A program made the translations under genes and the position numbers. The notes beneath the pieces are model-generated. The model saw only the letters and a program-made list of their open reading frames with translations, ran no database searches and was not told where the DNA came from. A stretch of 63,339 bases of DNA, counting the filler, from Thraustochytrium aureum (lineage: Eukaryota), in assembly GCA_012862495.1 (NCBI GenBank). It is 5 parts of 3 records of this genome, joined end to end, with 100 filler letters (N's around TTAATTAATTAA, not from the genome) between each part and the next. Parts side by side here need not be neighbours in the genome. Positions count along the whole stretch, not along the records: positions 51,044 to 60,690 come from BLSG01000271.1; positions 60,791 to 63,339 come from BLSG01000282.1; 3 more parts are not named here. One strand, written 5' to 3'. Of this stretch, positions 56,396 to 63,339 are shown piece by piece (position 1 is the first letter of the stretch; every line of letters begins with the position of its first letter).

Positions 56396-59300
56396 CTACT
56401 CGGCCGTGAGGGCGGTGACCTCGGCTTTGCTCCGGCGCTCTTCGTACAGTGCGTGCATCCTGTGGAAGCGCTCGTGGAGCTGCACAAGGACAGCAGGCTC
56501 GCGGCGTGCAATGCCCAGCTCCATGAGGGCAGTGCACTTGAGGTGCTGCATCCCTTGGTTGTGCGCGAGCTCGGCGCACTTTTCCAGGAGAGCCTTGACC
56601 TTTGGGGTGGACTTGGCCGCCTTGACCCTGTGGAACACCGCGTCGCAATACGCCGCGTATGGCTTGCACGGCGCATACTTGTCCGCGTACGCGTCGATGA
56701 TGTCAAGGAGCGCCTGCAGGGTGTTGATCGACTGCTTGCGCGAAACTGCGGCGCGGTGGATCCGCTTCCAGGGCCCGAATCGGGCCTCGCTGCCGCTGGC
56801 CCCCCGGCGGTCGCCGCCCTTGTCGCGTCGACCAAGGTCGCGTTGCGACGGGTACCGAAACTTGGGGTTGCGCTCGTTCTTGCGGAGACGGTCCGCAACG
56901 CCAGTAACCGTACCCGGCTCGCTGCTCTCGGCGCCGATGCTCGACTTGCGCTTCAAGCTGTGCACGTTGTACGCCGAGCTGAGGCGGCGGCTGAGGTAGC
57001 CGGTGCCGCCCTTGGGCGAGAGGCAGCCTTCGTCGGTTGCGCCCGAGGCCGACGAGGCGCCTGCGTGGCTGTTTCGGTCGACGTAGTCGGAGAAAGACTC
57101 CATGTAAATACGAAAGATAGCCACCAGCATGTGGAAGCGCGTGATGGGCAGGTGGTCGTACTCCTGAGCGCGCGCGATGGGAGGCGGCCATCTTGGCAAG
57201 CTGCACCGCGATGTCACGCTTGCCGTAGCGACGAAGGACCAGGAGCGCGAGCACGATGAGGCCGTCGGGCGTGTGCGAGTCGGCCGCCATGACAGTAATA
57301 TCGGCAAGTTGCTCACGCTCTGCGTCCGTAACCTGATCTCCATCGGACCCGCGCGGGTTTAGGTGGCTGCGCGTAAAATCGAGCGTGGTCTCCAGAATTT
57401 GCTCCAGATAAGCGTGCGCGACGCCGTACCCCGCGGCGCTGAGCTCCACGTACGCGCACAAGCAGTTGACATGAAAGATGCCGACGCCGTCTTGAAACAG
57501 GCTTCTCGAGAGCATGACGACCGGGTTGCGCATGTCCTTGGCCCTGAACAGCTCGAGCGTGATGTGCGTCTCAAGGCTCTCCAGCTTGTCGCGATGAAAC
57601 TCGAGAAAGTTGAACACCCAGGTCGCCTGCTTGAGGTAGTGCTCGGCATCCGCAAAGTCGCCGTTCAAGATGAAAAACTCGCCGAGCTGCAAAGCGATCC
57701 GACCTTTGGCGCTGCTGGCGCGCACCTGCGGCAGCAGCCCAAGCGTCTTGCTCATGTAGTCATTGGCGATCTCGCGCGCCCAGTCCTTGCTCATTCCGAT
57801 GTAGAAGAGCGAAGCCGAGGCAAAACACAGCGCGAGCTGGTCCAGCGACGCGGCCTCGGGGTCGAGCGCGCGAGACTCGACCTTGTGCTCGTCCAAGTCG
57901 AGCACCACGCTGCCCCCATCGGCATCGTTGCGCCGGCGCGGGGGGCCATCGCGCTCGATCGAACACTTGTACGCCGCCTTGGCGAGGCTCATGGCGTTGA
58001 GCCGCCGCTCCAGGCCCAGCGCCGAGGTCTGGTCAAAGATGAGACTGCCGAGGAGGCTGTAGATGCGGGACGCCTCCAAGAACGCCTCCACGTTCGAGCT
58101 CGGGTCGACGCGGATTTTGTCAAATGCGGGCGCGTCCTCCACGCGCCGATATGTGTTCATGGCCCGCTGCACCTCAGCCTGACGGGAGCGGAGCTTGTGC
58201 TTGCGGACGCGGTCGCGGAAGAGTCGTTTGAAAAAAGTAAACGCCTTGGGCTCAGGGGCCTCCGCCTCGTCGTCTCGCGCGAGGTCCTCCAGTAGCCGTG
58301 CACCAGTCCGATTCGGCCCGAACGCGCCAGCTTGTTCGCCCAAGGCCTGGAGACCGTCCGCTTTCTTGCCTTTGCCGCGCGCGACGCTTGCATCGGGCCC
58401 GCCCGCTCCATCGGCTCCGGCGCCGCGCCCGCGCTGATGGCGGACAACGTACGCGCCGCGATTGAGGCTCTTGTCGTTGGCCGAGTTCATCGTGAGGTCC
58501 CTCTCCAAGCTGTGGCCCGACGCCAATGCCGAGGACTCTTGGTGCTTGAGCAGCTTGAGCTCGTTGTTCCGCGCAATGTCCGTGGCGGTGCGGTCGGCGT
58601 CCCTGCTCTTGCGTGCGCCCGATTCGTGGCGGGGGTTCTCCGAGTGTGCCGAACTCGGGCGCTCCTTGCCCGAACCCGCGGACGGAGCCCGGCGCTCGGA
58701 TTGCTGCGTGTCGTCGGGGTCTTGCTTGAGGAGCTTGGAGAGCCAGGAGCGGCGACGCGGCTTTGCCGCAGGGCCGTGCGCGCCATGGGGCTGCGCAAAG
58801 ATTCCGGTCACGTCGAGCTTGAGCTNNNNNNNNNNNNNNNNNNNNNNNNNNNNNNNNNNNNNNNNNNNNNNNNNNNNNNNNNNNNNNNNNNNNNNNNNNN
58901 NNNNNNNNNNNNNNNNNNNNNNNNNNNNNNNNNNNNNNNNNNNNNNNNNNNNNNNNNNNNNNNNNNNNNNNNNNNNNNNNNNNNNNNNNNNNNNNNNNNN
59001 NNNNNNNNNNNNNNNNNNNNNNNNNNNNNNNNNNNNNNNNNNNNNNNNNNNNNNNNNNNNNNNNNNNNNNNNNNNNNNNNNNNNNNNNNNNNNTCGTCGA
59101 GGGCGCCCTTGAGGTATTCCTCGGCGGCCTTGGACTGGCCGAAGAACATGTAGGCCTCGCTGACTTTGCGAAACCAGGAGGCCCGCTTCCAGGGCTCGGG
59201 CCTCTTGCTGGCCTTCCGGCTGGTGGCGATGAGGCGCGTAAAGCAGAGCCACACGGCTTGCATCGAGTGGATCTCCAGCGCGTCATCTCCCTGCGACCTC

Positions 59301-60690
59301 CAAGTAGTAGGTGGCGCGGTCGTGCGACTCGGCGCTAAAGTAGTGGTTGGCCAGCCGCAGGTAGACGGGCTGAAGGTAGTCGGCGTACTTTTCCTCGTAA
59401 AACTCGGCCACCTTGATGTGGATGGCCTTGCGCATCTTAAACAGCAGCAAGTTGTACGCCGACTCGCGCAGCATGACGCTCGAAAAGCGGATTATGCTGT
59501 CCCCGTTCGAATCGGTCTCTGCGACGAGGAACCCGCGGTCTACCAAATGCGAGATGTTTTCGTCGAGAAGCTTTGAGATCTCGCGGAGGTCGCCCGCTGC
59601 CGCCACGGCGGCCCGCGCGGGGGGCTTGCCCGAGTTGCGCGACCGGTTCGGGACCGGGTCGGGCTTGACCTCGTCGTCCTGCAGCGCCCGCATCATCCGC
59701 TCGTGGTTGTAGCTCGACCGGTTATTTCGCGCGAGCGAGGTCTTGCGCTGCTCCTCTCGCACGTGCGCGCGGCGCACCTGCGCAGCCGCCTCGACGCCGC
59801 TGACTGCGCTGCTGGACGACCCGCCCGCGCTGCGGCGCGAGTCGTCCTCCAGGACAGACTCTTCGCTTTCGTCTGCGCCAGTGTAGCTCAGGAGTACAGA
59901 GGCGAGAACGTGCATGCGAAACTCGTTGCCGATCACGGCGGCCACCTTGAGCGTTAGCTGCTGCGAGGCCGGGATGCGGTCCAGGCGCGAGGTCATGAGG
60001 GCCGAGATGGTGCTTGGGAGGCCAAAGTCGTCCCCCTGTGCGTCCTTGGACAGGATGCAGACATTGTCCTCCACGGTAAACACGTTGTCGTCGGTCATGA
60101 GCTTGCAGAGCTCTGCGGCAAAGAAGGGGTGGCCCTGGCTCTTGTCAAACACGACGCGTGTGAGGCGCGGCGGGATGGACTCGGCGTTGATCCAGTTTTT
60201 AAGGCACGTCTGGATCTGTTGCAGGTTGAGCGGCTTGAGCGCTACCTTGGTGCTGCTTGGGTGGGCGCTGATCTTCTGGTACCAGTCACCCAAGACATCA
60301 CCCACCGGCGAGGCCTCAACGCTGGGGATGAGGCGCTGCGTGGCTGAGACGGACATCATGGTTTCGCGACAGGTGATGATGACTGCTATCGGCAAGCCGC
60401 GCTCTGCCATCCGGTAGAGTGCCTCGACAGAGTACGGGTCGGCCCATTGCAGGTCCTCGACGATGATGACGAGGCGCACCACGTTTCGGTTTTCACTGAT
60501 TTTGTTGGACTCGACGTCAAAGTAGTGCTGCGCACTTTCAAGATCGTGCGCAGCCTTGGCGAAGATCTCCACGATGAGGCGCAGGAGGTTGACCAAGGTG
60601 ACTTCCGAGTTGGCGGCGTCCTTGCGGTCCTTGCTTGCGCCTCCGCCGAGCTGGAAAAAGTCGGGCAGAATCCTTCGGAGCAGCGGGAAG
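56396..60690 (-). CDS. Soluble adenylyl cyclase (ADCY10)-like STAND NTPase with a helical/TPR tail; 5' part cut by linker, with a gap and frameshifts
   Basis: Walker B VIIVEDLQWAD, KSQGHPFFAAEL, LPSTISALMTSRLDRI...LKVAAVIG, FSSVMLRESAYNLL and LANHY. The cyclase domains themselves are not in the window. Confidence 0.75.
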
Positions 60691-60790
60691 NNNNNNNNNN
60701 NNNNNNNNNNNNNNNNNNNNNNNNNNNNNNNNNNTTAATTAATTAANNNNNNNNNNNNNNNNNNNNNNNNNNNNNNNNNNNNNNNNNNNN
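60691..60790. other. Artificial scaffold-joining linker
   Basis: 44 N + TTAATTAATTAA + 44 N. Confidence 0.97.
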
Positions 60791-60792
60791 AC

Positions 60793-61140
60793 ACCCCTGC
60801 CCGCCTTTCGTTCAAGTGCGACGTCTATGCGCTCGGCGTTTCCCTCTGTGAGCTAGTCCAGCGCAAGGTCCCATTCGCGGGCCAGACCCCGATCTCCATC
60901 ATGCTTGCCACAACGCAGGGCAAGCGCCCGACGCTCGTGCGCGAGCCGGAGCACTTTCCGGACTGGGTCTACGCCACAATCGAGCAGTGCTGGTCGCAAG
61001 ACCGCGCCGACCGCCCGACCGCCGCGGCCCTCAGCGACCTCTTTGCTGGCAAGCTGGGGGAGCTGGCCGGCGCGGGCGCCGAGCCGGGGCTGGCATCCTC
61101 GTTTGCGCGCGAAGCGGAGTCGGCGCTATCGCCGGGCTAG
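60793..61140 (+). CDS. Protein kinase (TKL-like) C-terminal fragment
   Basis: KCDVYALGVSLCELVQRKVPF (subdomain IX) and IEQCWSQDRADRPT (subdomain XI). Confidence 0.88.
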   Translation, partial: TPARLSFKCDVYALGVSLCELVQRKVPFAGQTPISIMLATTQGKRPTLVREPEHFPDWVYATIEQCWSQDRADRPTAAALSDLFAGKLGELAGAGAEPGLASSFAREAESALSPG

Positions 61141-61390
61141 CTCTATCTACATAGAGCCAGGGCTGCGCGTGCGCTTCGACAGCGGCGTGCAAGGGAAAGC
61201 AGCGCGGAGCCCGAGGGCGCCCCTCGCTCGCGCCGCCGCATCGGAAATCGCGCAAGAAGGCAGGCCTCGGGCACGCAAAGCAGAAAATTCTATAAAAGCT
61301 GTAAAGCTGTCTTGGCAAACCAAAAGTCCTGGGGGCGTCCGCGCGGGGCGCAAAGCGACGCCTAAGAAGGCTGGCTCCAGCACCGCTGCT

Positions 61391-63338
61391 CTACTCTGAT
61401 TCAAGGAGTGAGAGGAGCGTGGGCAGCTCCAGCGGCTGCTCTGAGCGCAGCAGCGACGTCGGCCTGCCGTCGTCGGCGCACAGGACGTCGCAGATCTCGA
61501 CCCATTCCTGAAACGGGATGCGCGACGAGGTCGCCAGCGAGACGCGGTCCTGCTCGTTCGATTGCAAATAGTACTGGCGCCAAAACCACATCAACTTGCG
61601 AAAGTTGACCAAGGGCGGCGACCCCTGCACCTCATACGCCCCCCCCGGCATGGCGTCACGAGCAGCAGCCGCGCCAGTCCCCTGCGCGGACGACCCCGCT
61701 GTTCCTTCTGCACTTGCCGCCTCGTCCTCCGTGACCTCCGACAAGCCCACCTCCTGGTCACGCCACAGATCTAGCATCGCCTCAAAGGCGGCCGGGTTGA
61801 GCGACTCGACCGCCCGCAGGTAATCCGCCAGATGGCCCTGGCGGTGCGCAAACATGAGGATGAGCAGCGCCGTGTTGATGCAGCAAATGTTCTCCTGCGA
61901 GACGCCTTCGAGCTGCACGACGGTCATTAGGCTCCGCAAAATGGAGACGCGATGCTCCCGCAAAAGCTGTTCAAACGGGCTGGCGTCCACAAAGGCGCTA
62001 TCCTCGGCGCGAAAGTGGTTGAGCGACACGAGCAGAGTGCGCAGAAACACGTTCGAGTCGACGAGGTGCGTCATGGCGAGCCGCATCAGGCGCTGGGCTT
62101 TCTCAAAGGGGGAGCCGCTCCTGGACCTGACGAAACTGGAACTTGTTGAACTTGATGAGCTCGCCCAAGAGGTCAAAGTTGGTCTGTAAGAGGCCCGAGC
62201 TCTTGAACGCGTCGCCGACGAGCTGGTCCAAGAGGTGGTCCATGACGCCCCAGCTGGTTAGCAGCAGCTGTTCCTCTGGCGACGAGCCGCGCAAAAAGGC
62301 CTCGACCGTCGAGGCGATCCAGAAACGGTAGGGCGAATTGGTAGGCTCTGTCCACAGCAGGGACACCAGACGGTACAAAAGGCCCTGCTTCGCCGCGCCA
62401 GTGCCCTTGCTGTAGAGGTCTGTCGCAACGGCGAGTCCCGTCGCGGCGTCCATGCGTAGGAGCCGGCACACCTCAAGGTCGACCTCGGACAGCAAAAGCC
62501 GCTTGTTTCGCCGAGCGCTCCCCTCCCGGTCGCAAAAGTTGTGCACCAACCTGAGAAACTGCAGCTTGAGCGCGCTCCTGGGGTTGCACTCGCAGTTCTC
62601 GCCGTGAATGCCGTGGTCCCTGTGGTGCTCGTCGTCATCTCCCCAGTTCAACTGCGGGAAGAGGGCTTCCAGCATGCCCACCAGGCCGAACTGGGCCAAG
62701 AGGTCGTTTGCGGCCTCTTTGCTCTTGCCGCCGGCCACGACAGCGAGCACGAAAAGGACCTCCACCTGCTCGGTCATCGCCTGGAGTCTGCCGCGCTCGA
62801 TGCTTTGCTCGTGGTCAAAGTTTGATTCTGCGTCATCAACGTCGTCCATGTCGTCACCCACGTCGTCGCCACGCAGGTCGTCCTCGTACTCGCTGCCATC
62901 GTCGCCAGCGTGCTGTCCGTGATCGTGGTTGTGGTGGTGATGGTGGTGATGGTGGTTGTGGAGGTGCTGGTGGCCGTGGGTGCGATGGACGCGCGGCGCA
63001 TGAAGCGTCCTGGTCGCTGCTTGCGAGTAGGGCTCTGCCTGCGCGGATTCGGCCTGCATCGGCTCGCTGTTGTTTGCAAACTCCCAGACGTGCCGCACAG
63101 TGTCATGTAGCGCCTGGGACACGCCGACCAGGGAGGCAGAGGCAGCACTGCTCATCCCAGAGATTCCAAACGAGCCCCGGCGCTCTTGCAGACCGCCGCC
63201 GTCCTTCGCGGCGCCTGAACTGTCATCAGCGGCAAGCAGTTCGGCGCTCTCGGCCTGGGCGTGGTCGGTGCTGTCGGGGCCAAAGCCAAGCGCGACGCGG
63301 TCTTCAATTTCCCTGACCGAGATTTTGCGCGGAAGGTC
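61391..63338 (-). CDS. TRPC4AP: TRPC4-associated protein (TRUSS) homolog; frameshift at ~62130, frame open to the window edge
   Basis: HGENCECNPRSALKLQFLRLVHNFCD, YRFWIASTVEAFLRG, QTNFDLLGELIKFN, LVDSNVF, QENICCINT, NFRKLMWFWRQYY and DRVSLATSSRIPF. Confidence 0.88.
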
Positions 63339-63339
63339 A

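Noticed and set aside
3540..62140. Many frameshifts in conserved genes (UXS1, B55, MMPL, ZW10, GH20, KstD-like, TRPC4AP) read as programmed frameshifting, RNA editing or mass pseudogenisation
   Set aside because: They hit essential genes at unrelated sites, often at short homopolymers, with no shared slippery motif, in a gap-rich low-coverage draft. Sequencing error is the simplest explanation; raw reads would settle it.

Overview
This is GC-rich, intron-poor eukaryotic DNA from a draft assembly, probably a flagellated protist; a stramenopile such as a thraustochytrid is plausible but inferred. The window is not one locus. Four 100-bp artificial linkers (44 N + TTAATTAATTAA + 44 N) at 18059, 44178, 50944 and 60691 join five scaffolds, so synteny across them means nothing. 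There are many N gaps and apparent single-base indel frameshifts that look like sequencing errors. Recognisable genes: an AP2 + DEDDh exonuclease + RRM-like + KH fusion, UXS1, the PP1 catalytic C-terminus, a truncated Spinster MFS, a Dpy-30 (RSP2-like) protein, a DUF676 esterase, a coiled-coil protein with a hidden WW domain, a spliced CNBP-like zinc-knuckle gene, PP2A B55, IFRD, a degenerate macro domain, ZW10, an F-box-like protein, a secreted Cys-rich protein, a HET/TIR-like protein, a SAM methyltransferase, a class 3 lipase, an ADCY10-like STAND protein, a kinase tail and TRPC4AP. Four further proteins look bacterial in type: alditol oxidase, an MMPL transporter, GH20 and a KstD-like flavoprotein. 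The best novelty candidates are the AP2-exonuclease-KH fusion, the HET/TIR-like protein, a protein with three tandem winged-helix/LOTUS-like repeats, and a secreted precursor with a cationic amphipathic segment. No rRNA, tRNA, CRISPR array or transposase was found. All family calls come from recalled motifs, not from database searches.
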